The position numbers were made by a program, and so were the translations under genes. This document shows positions 27,801 to 42,424 of a stretch of DNA of 64,000 nt, in pieces. Numbering within the stretch: position 1 is the stretch's first letter; each line of letters starts with the position of its first letter. The stretch lies in the NCBI RefSeq assembly GCF_009914755.1, contig NC_060945.1; one strand, 5' to 3'. This DNA is from the human T2T-CHM13v2.0 reference genome, Homo sapiens. Below the pieces are notes generated by a model. That model worked only from the letters and a program-made list of their open reading frames with translations. It had not been told where the DNA came from and did no database searches.

Positions 27801-28142
27801 CTGTTGGAGATGACCATTACCCAACAACCGATGTCAATGCAGCCTCCTTCCAGACTTTTTATTTTATATATATTTAAAAAAATCTAATTTGTCCAAGTCA
27901 GTCTTTCAGGAGTTTGATATTTGCAGGTGAGCACAACTCCTTACTTGCACACAACCTATATATCCAAAAATAGGGGCTTGACGAATACATTGTCATTTAT
28001 CCACACAATGAAATGCTATACAGCATTAAAAAATCATGCAGAACTGTGGTTTCAAATTATTTCTAGTAAAGGACACCTCCACTTTTTCATAATCAGTCTT
28101 TCTAGAATCCCAGTGTACAGAACTGTTTAGAAGTAGAGCTCT

Positions 28143-28412
28143 CCCACTTTGGGAGGCTGAGGCAGGCGGATCACTTGAGGTTGGGAGTTCCGGACCAGCC
28201 TGGCCAACATGGTGAAACCCGGTCTCTACTAAAAATGCAAAAACAAGCTGGGTGTGGTGGCAGGCACCTGTGGTCCCGCTGCTCTGGAGGCTGAGGCATA
28301 AGAGTAGCTTGAACCCAAGAGGCGGAGGTTGCAGAGAGCAGGGATTGCAGCACTGCACTACAGCCTGGTGACAGAGCAAGACTGTGTCTCAAAAAAGAAA
28401 AAAAAAAAAGAA
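28143..28412 (+). mobile_element. 5'-truncated Alu (AluS-like)
   Basis: Begins at ...cactttgggaggctgagg; has an A-tail. Confidence 0.92.
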
Positions 28413-29663
28413 AGGATATTAAAGTCATTAAGGTCCTTGAAAATGGCTATAACAACAACAAAAAAAATGTGACTTACAAAAAGAAACCTACAGACTTGTC
28501 AACCAAATGTAACGTGTGAACTCTGGATCCTACTCTGTATATTGACCAAATATCTGACGATTTGAAGAACTCTTTGGGAATTTTATTTTATTTTCTAAAT
28601 TTGTTTGTTACTGGGGCTTGTTTCTCCAAGAATTTTTTTTTGTAACTTAAATAAAAAATAAAATAAAGTAATGCTCTTCTAGGTTGACTTGGGAGTAGGG
28701 ACTTATCATCTCTTCCTTCCATCTGCAAAATGTCCTCTCCCCTCTGTAGGGGCCCTGAAATACCTTCACAGGTCTCCAGAATTTGGTAAAACTATAGAAC
28801 ACAGTTTGAAATGCATTATTATATAATTATCTCTTAATCTACAGGGAGAAAAAAAGCTCATGAGATCTTAAGCAAACAGCTTACTAGTTGAATTATGATA
28901 CGATCCGATTTTATGTTTAAGAATATATATATATATATAGAAATATTAATTTTCCCAGGCTTCAACACTCTTTGGGAAAAATGAAGTTACATTCATCGTC
29001 ATTACTCAAATTCCCCTGGTTGGTGGACTCCATTTGCAGAACAGCAGCACTTTCTTCCTCTGTCTCTCTAGTTATTCCTGAAGGGCCTTAGGGGTGTTTC
29101 CCATGTGTCAGGAGCATGAACCCTCAAATTCTCTCCCTGGCTTCATGGTTCCTATGGCCTACTGAGGTGTCTGAGGACAATCCAGTCCCTGCTGGTGCCC
29201 TGGAAGGGGACACCATCCGGCCAGCATTCCCACCTGTCCCGCATATGCCTCGGTCCTGCAAGGGGTCAGGCCGTGCCACTTTCTGCGAAGAACCAGGAGG
29301 ATAAACAATATTTCATGGGGCTGAGCTGTAGCTCAGGGACAGCCTGGGTACCAGAGGCCATGCCAGTAGTCATGCTTTCTTCCTTGTTGCTAGTCCTATC
29401 TGGCTCCATGCATCCATGCACCTAGCTTCAACCTCCCAGACTTTCTCCACCTTCACCTTCAAACGAGCTGCTGTGGGAGGCGGGGGTCCCCTCCCCCATC
29501 CTGTGTGTGTATGTGTATATGTAAATTGGAACTTAAAAATTTAATAGTAGTTTCTGAATGGCAAGATTGGGATGCTTAAATTTTTCCTATTTTTTTTTCC
29601 TGCATAATTGTAATTTTAAAAATTTCTACAATAAACATGTATCACTTGTATTTTTTAAAAATA

Positions 29664-29930
29664 GAGGCTGATATGGGATAATTGCTTGAAGCCAGGAGTT
29701 CAGCAAGACCAGCCTAAGCAACATAATGAGACACCCCCGCAACTTCTCTAAAAATTTTTTAAGATTAGCCAAGCATGGTGGTACGTGTCTGTAGTTCCAG
29801 CTATTCAAGAGGCTCAGGTGGGAGGATCACTTGAGCTCAGGAGTGGACTCAGTGACTGCTATGACTGTGCCACTGCACTCCAGCCCAGGTAACAGAAAAA
29901 ATGAAGTCACCCCATCTCTGGAAAAAAAAA
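29664..29930 (+). mobile_element. 5'-truncated, diverged AluJ-like element, following an L1ME 3' end (about 29530-29660)
   Basis: 'ttgcttgaagccaggagttc...gtgggaggatcacttgagc...ccactgcactccagcc'. Confidence 0.85.
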
Positions 29931-31254
29931 TTGGGATGCACCTGAAATCAGTTCTGACTCTGATCTCTGAATCTTAATCCATTTAACTGCGAGTTTCCTG
30001 CCATCCAACTTAAAGTATTTTCCCTGTGTCAGTGTTGGAGGGGTGGAAGTGGGAGTGGGCAGAGGACAGTGTATGTGTGTGTGTTGAGAGGAGGAGGAAA
30101 TACTATAGACATTGAAAAATCACGTAGAACTATAGCTTCAAAGTATTTCTAGTAGAGGACACCTTTCCTTTTTTGTATTGTCCTTCATAGAATACCAGTA
30201 TTTACCTACTGTGAACAGCTAATAAGATGTGTGTATGGAAGACTGAAGACAGTCTGAAGATGCATCTCAACAAGGCCTAAGTCTCCCTTCCTCTGGGACT
30301 GTCCGGAGTGCTAGTTCACTGGGCTCCTTGCTCTGAGGCTGGTGGGAACTGGATTTCAGGACACAGGCTGACCACACAGGGAGCTGTACTGCAGCCCTTC
30401 CAACTGGGACTCCCCTCGGTTCTCACACTGTGGCAGTAGTGGGTTGGGAGGCTCCAGGCACGGGGAGGGTAGTAGGATGATGAGGATGGTGGTTGATATG
30501 ACAAAGGACGAGTATGGGTTTCACCACAGAAAACCACACAATGTCCTAATTCCTATTAACTTCTGCACCTTGCAGGCCTTTCTTTAGCTGCTAAAGGCTG
30601 TCGGTCTTTGCTGATTTGCAGAAAGGTGCACGCTCATGATGAGGTTTTCAATTCAGGTGGGAACTAGACGAGCAGGTAAGGGCCGCCTGCACGGAGGGTC
30701 CTTGTCTCTGTGGAGTTTACGGCATTCGTGGTTTTCCTCGGAAGGAGCTGCTTGTGTGGTGAATTCTGCTTTGAGAACTGGACTTTCCAAGTGCTCCCAT
30801 GGCAGGGGACAACATTTCAGAGCTCCCTTTTCACTGTTACAACAAAAGAAGGCTCTTCCTGTGTCCGGTGAGACCCCTGAAATACGAGTCATCCCCACTC
30901 CTGACCCACTCCCAATACCTACCAGCTGCTCCTTGCTTTAGTTTTAGAATATCCCTTTTGACCTTCTCTCTCCCTTTTTGTCACTGTCGTTTGACCCTGA
31001 GTTTCCCCTGCCCACATCCTGCCTACAGTGCTTCATGTTGCTTTAAATGACTTCACAGCCCCTTGCTCCTTTAAGTGATCTAAGCTGAGCTGGGTTAGCA
31101 GGGCCACTTTCTGTGTAGCAAGGGGACGTCTAAAGGCTGCAGCCCAGCTTGGTTAGCTGCTCTAAGGGGACTCCAGTCTTCCTCACCCCACCAGGTGCCC
31201 CAAAGAGCAAAACCAATGTTTCTTTTCATCCATCACCTTTTCCTCAACAACACC

Positions 31255-31445
31255 AGCTAACATTTGTTAAGCACTTACTCTCTTTCTGGCCCATGTGTTT
31301 ATGAGCCTAATCCTGACTGCAGCCCTGTGTGGTAGGTGCTTCAGTAAGCCCCATTTGTTAGATAAGAAAATTGACTCCTGGCCGAGGTGCCCCATATGGA
31401 AGGTGGTAGAGCTGGGGCAGATTCCAGCCCAGGCGCCTGGCTCTT
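31255..31445 (-). mobile_element. MIR
   Basis: 'agctaacatttgttaagcacttact...ccccatttgttagataagaaaattga'. Confidence 0.7.
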
Positions 31446-31577
31446 GGCATGAGCAGCCTACCATAGCACCAGTTCTGTGGTTCTTCCCTCTGAGAAGCCT
31501 GTATTGAATTGCTTTTCTTTAAGTTGTATTTTGTGTTTAGTTGAAGTGCCCAATCCTCCCATTCAGTTTTCAGGGGA

Positions 31578-31734
31578 GGCAGGTGTGGTGGTGGTGCACA
31601 CCTGTAGCCCTAGCTACTCTGGAGGCTGACGTGGGAGGATTGCTTGAGCCTAGTGAGCCGTGATTGCAGCTCTGCACTGCACTGCACTGGCAGGGTCGCA
31701 GCAAGATCCTGTCTCCAAAAAAAAAAAAAAAAAA
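31578..31734 (+). mobile_element. Monomeric Alu (FAM/FRAM-like) with poly(A)
   Basis: Single arm 'gtggtgcacacctgtagccctagctactc...gcaagatcctgtctcc' followed by an A-run. Confidence 0.8.
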
Positions 31735-31990
31735 GTTTTAAGTGGTTTTCATGGTGCCTCAAGGCTCTTCTGCCTGTAGGACTGACTGCTGTGCAGGGCT
31801 CTGGCCCTGGAGTTTAGATTAACAGCAGGAAGCCTCTTGTTTACATGGATCCACATGGCTGCAGCTTCCTAGCCAAGGGACCTCAGGACAGTACAAGGTT
31901 CTGTTCCTGGTTGACGCTCCAGTTGGTGCTGGGTGGGCCTCAGGTTGCCTCAGTTTTAGCTGTATGTTTGAAAAAGTGATGCCCTAATGA

Positions 31991-32284
<294 letters not shown>

Positions 32285-32299
32285 TAGCCCCGTTAAAAA

Positions 32300-32870
32300 G
32301 TTTTTTATCGAGATGAAATTCACATAACATAAAAGTAACCATTTTAAAGCATGCACAATCCAGTGGCACTTAGTACCTTCACAGTGTCATGCAGCCAGCT
32401 CCTCTATCTGGTTCTAAAACATTTTCATCACCCCCAGAGGAAACCCCATGCCCATTAAGCAGTGACTTCCTATTCTCCCTGCCCCCAGCCCCTGGCAACC
32501 ACCAGCTGTGTTCTGTCTCTGTGGATTTACGTGTTCTGGATATGTCACGTAAATGGAATCACAATATTTCATCACATATTGTGTGTGGCCTTTTGTGTCT
32601 GTTTTTATCACTTAGCATGTTTTCCAGATTCATCCATGTTGTAGCAAGTGTCGTAATTTCCTTCCTTTTTTATGGTTGGGTAATATTGCATTTTCTTCAT
32701 TCGTTGATGGACACTTGGATTGTTTCCACTTTTGGCTCTTGTGAATAATTCTGCCTTGAACATTTGTGCACAAGTATCGTTTTGGGTACTTGTTCTTAAT
32801 TCTTTTGGGTATATGACTAGGAGTGGAATTGCTGGCTCATAGGGTAATTCTCCATTTACCTTTTGAGGAT
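32300..32870 (-). mobile_element. L1MB 3' end
   Basis: 'gagatgaaattcacataacataaaa...cccctggcaaccacc...ggagtggaattgctggctcatagggtaattc'; ttattagcc on both flanks. Confidence 0.88.
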
Positions 32871-32887
32871 TTATTAGCCTCTTTTTA

Positions 32888-33313
<426 letters not shown>

Positions 33314-33944
33314 CTACCTTCATTCAAGGGCCCTGACTGCCGGGAACAGCGTTCATTCACTCATCAAACATCTTGTGAGGGCCAGGGCTGCCTTTGTGGC
33401 AGATTTAACCATAGCTTTCAGAAAGGAGCTTCCTAATGCAGTCACTCCAGGAGCAAATAAAACAAGGGGCTATTTTAAATCAAAAATCAACACGACTGGC
33501 TCACACATAAATTCCATTAAGCCAACACTCTATTTGAACACGCTGCTGAGCCAGGCGTCTTGTCTTGCTGCATCTTTTAACTTGAAGGTGGGCATTTCAG
33601 CCTGCACAATAAGGTCCACTCCCCTTAGTTCTAATTTCCTGCCACCTTCTGCATTTCTTGTTCGACCCTGGGGGTGGGGGAGTACTGACTTGGTCCTGAA
33701 TCACTGTCGCGATTGGGATCTGTGAAAGTCACTGCAGAAAGATAATTTAAGGGGTTAAATGTCAGGGACAGGAGAGAGTAAGGTCCTGGTTTTAGTTCCG
33801 GCTTAACTGGGGGATGAGGGAGATTAAGAGGAGGTGAGGGAGGGGGCAGGGTTTAGCTTGATAATCTTATTTTGCAGTGGTTTCTGGGGGGATTTTACGA
33901 TGAAGAGGTAAATTCTAAGGTTTGCTGTCGACTGTTTCCAGCTC

Positions 33945-34473
33945 CCTGGCGCACTTTCCGTGCAGCGAGGGGACGTCCAAAGGCTGCAGCAGAGCTGGGT
34001 TAGAAAACAGGCTCCCACCCGCCCTCTACTCCCCTCCCTGGCCCCGCTGACCTGATTAATCAGAGCCCTGCAAAGCCCACTGAGGAGGGCTCCTGGCTAA
34101 TCTCATCTCCGCACCCACGCGGGGACAGACACCTCCGCTCGGCCAATGAGACGCAATTCTGCAAACTCGGCTGAGCGGTGGAAAATTCCATGCTCTCGGC
34201 GCTGCCCTCGGTGGCGGCCCCTGGCGGGATCGCGCGCTCGGAATGCCGCAGCCCGGCCGCCGAGTGGCCACCAGCTGGGGAAGAGCTGAGCGAAACCGCC
34301 CCGGGGTCCAGGCGTTTTGCCACGAGTCGCCGTGCGACAAGTTGGGGTCTCCCTTGTTCTCCCACCTCTCTGCACCAAAAGCTCTTGAAGCAAATTAAAG
34401 AAAGCAGGCGATGCTTGTATCATTGCGGAGTGGGGAATGGAGCTGGGGGACAAATGGTGACATTCTCCCTCCC

Positions 34474-34540
<67 letters not shown>

Positions 34541-34995
34541 AAGAGGCCACAGTCCTCCACCCCCACGCTTGCCCACCCAAGTTATAAATCCTGCCTGTAA
34601 TTGTCCCCCTGCCTCCACCAGGCTTTCAACCCAGAAATCGTGGGGGAGAATGAAGGAGGCACCTTTCTAGATCAATCCACCTATGAACTATGGTGCCCTT
34701 TTAGAAGTGGCCGGTGGGTCCTAGAGAGCAAAGGGTGATGAGTTCGCAAAGGTGGACGAAGGAGACCAAGACCAGCAGTCAAAACCAATGGAGCAAGACC
34801 GGTGCCATGATTCAGAGACGCACAGAAAATTCCAGGGCCACCGAGAAGGGACACGTTGCGCATTCTGCCAGCGCAGGGGAGGAGGGGATGGAGGCGAGAT
34901 GGAGGACAGGACTTTGCCAGCCAGGGAAGGGGGAGGCGCCCCGAGCCTGCGTTCCAGTCCCCGGAGCTGGGGCCGCAGCTTTTCCGCGAGGTTGG
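33945..34995. promoter_or_regulatory. CpG island / candidate promoter or enhancer
   Basis: About 29 CpGs (hand count) in 34101-34340 and a second GC-rich patch at about 34850-34990. GC box CCCGCCC near 34018, palindrome CTGATTAATCAG 34052-34063, CCAAT near 34143, GGAAAATTCC 34180-34189, CACCC then TATAAA at 34574-34588. Confidence 0.7.
34477..34540. repeat. Compound microsatellite (GT)23(GA)9
   Basis: GT at 34477-34522, GA at 34523-34540. Confidence 0.95.
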
Positions 34996-35349
34996 TCTGT
35001 GTTAGGAAATCCTATCTTTCTTAACTCTGTGTGAATTATGGCAATACCTCCCTGTTATTTCAGAGGATCCAGGCCTGTTTCTGCTCCTTGCAAATGTGAA
35101 AGACCCTGGTGAACGCAGTCCAAAAATTTAGAATGCGACCTGGTGCACAGCGCTCAGCTCGAGGAGACTTACAATGGTTTCTTCTGCCATCTGCATCGGG
35201 CAGGGGTGGGGAACTGTGGGCCCCAAGCTATCTGGGAGGAGGGAAGAGAAAGAAAGGGGGAAATACAGGTTCTTGAAACAAAGTAGGAAGCTTCAGCAAG
35301 AATCCACGGAGAAGCCCTGAGGTTGAGTCTAAAGCCCTGAGGTTTAGTA

Positions 35350-35560
35350 AACAAAGCCCAGCACATGGGACCTGAAACCTGGATGCCCCGGTTCTGCTAG
35401 TGACCAGTTGAAGGTCCTGGGGAAATCTCACCCTTCAGAGTCTTAGTTTTCGCCTCTGTAAAATCAAGGTCATAACCATTTCTGCCCCATCTAATCGAGT
35501 AAGGTCTTTAGTGAGACCCAAATAAAATAAAACTACGTCTATGAAACAGTAAAGAAGTAT
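35350..35560 (+). mobile_element. MIR
   Basis: 'cttcagagtcttagttttcgcctctgtaaaatcaagg'. Confidence 0.65.
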
Positions 35561-35649
35561 AGGGAACTGTTTTTCATCCATGTGCACAAGCAATGTAAAA
35601 TCTATGTTGTTTTAATTCGATTAACTTCAAGAAAGAGCCCCAGCTAAAT

Positions 35650-36325
35650 TAATCAATCAATACATATATTAATATATTCAGTAAATATTTGTTGAGCACC
35701 TACTCAAGGCCCTGGAGGGCCTTGTTGAACCCTCCAGGCCCTGTTCTGTGCCTGGAGGGATACACAGCTGAACAAAACACAAAAAGCTCTGCTCTTAGAA
35801 AGCTTAGATTGGAGGAGACCGGTGATAAAATAAATAGGAAAAATCTTTTTTTTTTTTTTCCTGTTTAGGCAGTGGTAAGTGATATAGAGAAAAAGAAAGC
35901 AGGAAAGGGGGATGGGGAAATGCGGGGTGAGAGTGCTTTAGAATAGGGTGATGAGGAGGCCTCATGGAGAAGATACTCTTTGAGCAGAGACCTGACAGGG
36001 AGATGGGGGGGTGAGCTCCATGGATTTCTAGGGGAAGAACATTCTAGAAGTGGGCAGCCAGCAAGTGCAGTGGGTCTGAGGGGAGACGGTGGCCTTTCCT
36101 GTTGGAGGAACAGGAAGGCCGGCACTGTCCTTGGAGGGGTATGAGTGCCAGGGTCAGAGGCTGATGGGGGGGCAGGTCCGGATAGAGTTTGTAGGGCCTT
36201 GAAGGTGACCTGAAGGGCCGACTTTTGCAGTGAGTGTTCCTGACAGCTGGGGGGGGGCACGACTGAAGCTCTGCCTTGGGTCTTACCTGGCCGTAAGGCA
36301 ACTCCATTTTTAGCTTGGATCCTGG
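35650..36325 (-). mobile_element. L2 (3' portion)
   Basis: 'attcagtaaatatttgttgagcacctact...ctttgagcagagacctga...tttgtagggccttgaagg'. Confidence 0.8.
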
Positions 36326-37496
36326 CAGGCAACCAACAAGCATTTATTGCAGGGCTGGCTGTGTGTTCTCGGCTGCGCTGGGAGCTCTGTGAATATCCGG
36401 AGATATAACAGGGATCCTTAGCTTTGGGGAGGCCACAGACTTGCTGTGAATAGAATTTAGCTGCAAAAGGCAGTTAGTGACCAATGCAAGACTATTCGTG
36501 TCACTCGCTGCATTGTGTGGAGGGCCTAGAAGCATGAGGGAGGCTGGGGTTTTGGGAACCCCAGGGGCAACCGGGACTATGCTGGGATCATGGTAGGTGC
36601 TTTACTTGTTTGCGAACAGACTGAGTGATTCTGAGTTGCATACTCAGGGAGCTCTTTGTGGCTAATTAAGTCCTTTTCCTACCCAGGCCCAGGTGGCCAG
36701 CAGCCCCTGGCAGCCGCGCACATGCTGCTCAGTGTTGCCAGCGCACAGCAGGGGCTGCTGCAGATGGTCCTCCAGCCACAGGGTGATAAAAGGCCTCCTG
36801 AAGAAGTAAATGACCCTGCTGGTTGCTGTGTGGAATGTTTCCCCCAGGGAAATTAAAAAATGGAATCCAGTGTCCAGGCCTCAGTCTCATGTCTTTAATA
36901 GGCTAGTCAAGATCCTGGGGCCAGGGCCTGGGGGCAGCTTCTTCCTGCTGGAGAGGCCAGTTTCCTTTCCCAGTCTCTGACCCTTCTCGGTTTTGGAATC
37001 CTGCTTGAGACCTCTCAACTCTCACCAGGCGAGGAGGGTGATCTGGGGTAGAGAAATGACATGAAGTCATTTCAGAAAATCCCACAATGCCTCATCACCC
37101 AGAATCCTTTGCGGAGCTGGCTGGCCGGCCCTGGGCTCCCTTTCAGCTGCTCTAGAATGTAGCAATGGTGGGCTCCTTTGGGGGCCATCTAGAAGCACCC
37201 TGCCCCTGGGCACCTGCCTCCTCACTGGAGGAGACCAGAGGCCACGTCCCAGCCCTGTGCTTCCAGCTCTGGAACTGCCCTTGACTTCACTGGACAGGCC
37301 TGAGCAAGTCGTGTAACCTTCAGGGACTCAGCTATGCCCACTCCAGGCTCTGTGAAACCAAGACAACCTCACGTGCTCAGTTCCTCAGCTCTGCAGGAGC
37401 CAGGCTGCTCTGGGGTAAGGAAAGGGAGAGAGAGGGATATTGTCCTATGCTTCCTTCACATAGCTGAACGTTTTATTTATTTAACTTTTTGGATAA

Positions 37497-37922
<426 letters not shown>

Positions 37923-39793
37923 TAGCCACTGTTATTAATTTGTTGTTTATCCTTCTAGAGTTTTGTGGGATTTTTGCACATACAAGCACATGGAATATGT
38001 TCTTCCCCCACTCCCAACTCTTTTTCTACTTGATTGCTAATACACAGTACAGTGTTCCTTACCTCACTGTTTTCAGTTGACAGTGCATCTTAGAGATCTT
38101 TTCATCATAGTACATAAACCATTTCCTCATTTTTCTTTACTAGTGCTTCTTGCTGTCTAAAATATGCCCAAACAATCCCCTAGAAATGGACATTTAAGTT
38201 GTCTGCAGTATTTTGCTTTCAAACAATGCTGCTGTGGACAACTGCAATTCTTCGTTCAGCACACAATTATGTTTATGCATAAGGTAAATTCCTAGAAGTG
38301 AAACTGCTGAGTCAAAGGGTAAATGCATCTCTAATGTGGACAGATGTTGCCAAATTAGCCTTTACAGGGGGTATGCCAATTTATGCTCTCAGCAGCAATG
38401 TATCAGAGAGAGTGCCTATGTTTCAAAGCTTACCAACAGACTTGGCTTTTAAACTTTTGGATTTTTGCCATTCGATAAATTTGAAAAAACCAGTATGGTT
38501 TTAATTTGTATGTTTCTCATTGTGAGCTCTCCATATCCATGCCCACTTTTCTATTGGTTTGTTTGCCTTTTGACTCATCAATTTGCAGAAGCTTATTATA
38601 TACTAGGGAAATTAATCCTTTGTGATGTGAGTTACACATCTTCCTCATTTTGTCATTTGTTACTGATTTTGCTTAGGGTGTTTTTTTTTTCTTTTTCAAT
38701 TGCTTTTTGCCATGCAAAAGCTTTTGGTTTTCATGCAGTTGAAATTATTCACCATTTATTTCGTGGCTTCTAGATTTTGAGTTGTAGTTAGCAAGGCCTT
38801 CCTCATGCTCCCATTTTTGTTTTAGTATTATGTTTTTTCTTTTTACATTTAAATCTTTGACCCAGTCAGAATTTATTCTACTATAAATGTGAAGCCCATA
38901 TTCAAAATCCAAAAGTGGTGGTTATCAACACCATTTATTGAATAATCTGTCTTTTCCCCATGTAGTTGAGTGCCATCTTAATCCTAAACAAAATCATTGC
39001 ATGATTTGGATGTTTTCCAGGGTTTCAATTCTGTGCTATATGTCCGTCTAATAAGTAATATGCCACTACTATGTTTTAATTGTTGAAGATTTTAAATATA
39101 TTTTAATATATAGTATAACTTCCTCATTTATTTTATCAGAAATAGCTGGTCTATTCTTATTTTTCCATGTAAAATTTAGAATCACTTTGTATAGATAAAA
39201 ACTTCTTTTACTGGGATAACAGTTATATGTTAACATTTATAAGTTAAGGGAAATTGACATCCCTACGAAGCTAAGTCTTCCTAAGAACATGATGGGGATT
39301 TTTATTTTTCAAGTCTTTTTGTTGTTGTTCTGAGTGTTTAAAAGATTTCTTAATGTCAGTTTCCATGTTTCTTTTAAACTTATTTTTAAATATTTTATCT
39401 TTGTTAGTGCTTTCGTAAATGAAGTCTTTTCTCCCATTATATTGTCTAACTGAATTTGTTTCTAACATATAAACAAAAGCTATTGATTTCTATTAATTTT
39501 ACATATCCTGCTCTCCTATTGAATTTTCTTCATGATTCCATAGTTGTTTTCACTTATTTATCTTGTTTTTTCAAAGCATAAGCCAAATCGCCTGCAAATA
39601 GTGATAGTTTTACCTCCTTCTATCCATTTTTTATATTTTTGATTTTGTTCTCTTTCTAATTGTGTTGGCTAATATCTCAAGTACAAAATTAAATAACAAC
39701 ATGATAGTGAGAAAATGCTTGTCTCATTCCTGACTTAAGGGTAAAAGCTTTTAGTATTTCTTGATTAAGCATACTTTTTGTTTTTGAGTTTAA

Positions 39794-39794
<1 letters not shown>

Positions 39795-39836
<42 letters not shown>
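39795..39836. repeat. (CA)n microsatellite
   Basis: About 21 CA units. Confidence 0.95.
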
Positions 39837-39839
<3 letters not shown>

Positions 39840-40099
39840 ATATTTAGGGGTTCCTATGTTATTGACCATGGAAAATCGAGAATGGATTTTTACATTTTGT
39901 TGAGTTCTGTTTGCACATACACAGAGGTGATTACATAATTTTCTCCTTAGAATTATTATTATTTGAATTGGATTTTTTCACGCTGAACCATCTTTCCATT
40001 CCTGGAATAAGGCCCATTTTGTCAAGGTGAACATTATTGTTTCACTTGCTGATGAATTCTGTTGGCTGATATATTTGCTAACATTTTATTTATAAAAGT

Positions 40100-40750
40100 G
40101 CACAAATCTTTAGTTTACATAAAGTATAGAGATACGTAGTGTACAAATATATGAATTTATACATATACATGCATATGTTTATGTATGCAATATATACATA
40201 AGAATTTGAATATAAAAAATATAATAAAAAGCTAATAGATGAGAAAAATAGAATAGAAAAATACATGATCAATCCTGAAAAAGGCAGAAAACGAGAAACA
40301 AAGGAGTAGAAAAGATGAAATAAATAGAAAATAAATACCAACATGGTAGGACTTAATGCACTTATACCAGTAACTAAATATAAATACAAAACACTCCAAT
40401 TAAAAGAAAAGCTTGTTGGATTAAATGAAAAGTGTTGAGACCCATGTGTATACTGTTTACAGTGAATACATACTAAATAGAAGGACAAAGTTAGGATGAA
40501 AATAAAAGAATGAAAAATGTTGTACCAAGCAATATTGACCCAAACAAATTTTGTGTGGCTATGTTAATATCAGAAAACCGTACATTAGGGGAAGAAATAT
40601 TACTAGAGAGAAAAAGAGATGCTTTGTTATAATAAAGTGATCAATTTGACAAGAATATCTAAGAATTGAAACTTATATGCATCTAATAACATCATTCAAA
40701 ATATAAATCAACAAAATGAAAGGAAGAAAGAATAAAGCATCAGTCATGGT
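40100..40750 (+). mobile_element. Inverted L1 segment (inter-ORF region + ORF2 endonuclease start)
   Basis: A-rich sense L1: 'actccaattaaaaga', 'tgtggctatgttaatatcaga', 'cttatatgcatctaataac'. Confidence 0.8.
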
Positions 40751-40944
40751 TGAGGATTAATCGTGTATTTTTCTATTCTATGTTCTTATCTATTAGCTTT
40801 TTAGTTATACTTTGTGTGATTGCCCTAAAGATTTCATTATGTATGCTTGACTTATTACTTTCTACCTTAAGTTACTTTTACTTCTTAATTAATAATAATG
40901 CAATAACCTTATGACAGGTTAAGTCCATTACTCCCTCCCACACA

Positions 40945-41346
40945 TGGTGACCCCACCCAAATCTCATGTTGAATTGTAATCCCCAGTGTTGAAGGTGAGA
41001 CCTGGTGGGAGGTGATTGGATCATGAGGGCAGAGTTCTCATGAATGGTTTAGCACTGTCCCCCCTTGGTACTGTATAGTGAGTGAGTTCTCACCAGATTT
41101 GGTTGTGTAAAAGTGTGTGATACCTTCACCCTCTCTCTCTCTTCCTCCTGCTTTGATCATGTAAGACGTGTCTGCTTCCCCTTCACTTTCTGCCATGACT
41201 GTAAGTTTCCTGCGGTCTCCCCAGAAGCTGATGCTGTCACACTTCCCATGCAGCCTGCAGAACCATGAGCCAATTAAACCTCTTTTCTTTATAAATTACC
41301 CAGTCTCTGGTATTTCTTTAAAGCAGTTCGAGAACAGACTGATGTA
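40945..41346 (+). mobile_element. MSTA-like MaLR solo LTR
   Basis: 'ccccacccaaatctcatgttgaattgtaatcccc...cagcctgcagaaccatgagccaattaaacctc'. Confidence 0.88.
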
Positions 41347-41685
41347 CTTGGGGTATTGTATAATTTTAACTTGACGTGTGTCATAAAGCTCATAAGACAT
41401 TATTATCTTTTTTGCTTCAGACAGAAAATATTTTTAAATCTTTTCCTACATGTTTATTCTTTTCAGTGCTGTGTGTTCCTTCCTCAAGTTCTGTGCTTCT
41501 ATCTGGAAACATTTTTCTTCAGCTTGAAAAAAATTGTTCTGTAGTATTTCATGTAGTGCTTCTCCACTGAGGATGAGTTTTCTCAGCTTTCCCCCCCCTG
41601 CATTTATTTTTATTTTGCCTTCAGATCTAAAGAACCTTTAGCTACATATAGCATCCTAACTTGATATTTTACTTTAACACTTTAA

Positions 41686-42424
<739 letters not shown>

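Noticed and set aside
34056-35034. Overlapping ORFs on both strands of the CpG island
   Set aside because: Expected from stop-poor GC-rich DNA; several translate the (GT)n repeat (CVCVCV/THTHTH).
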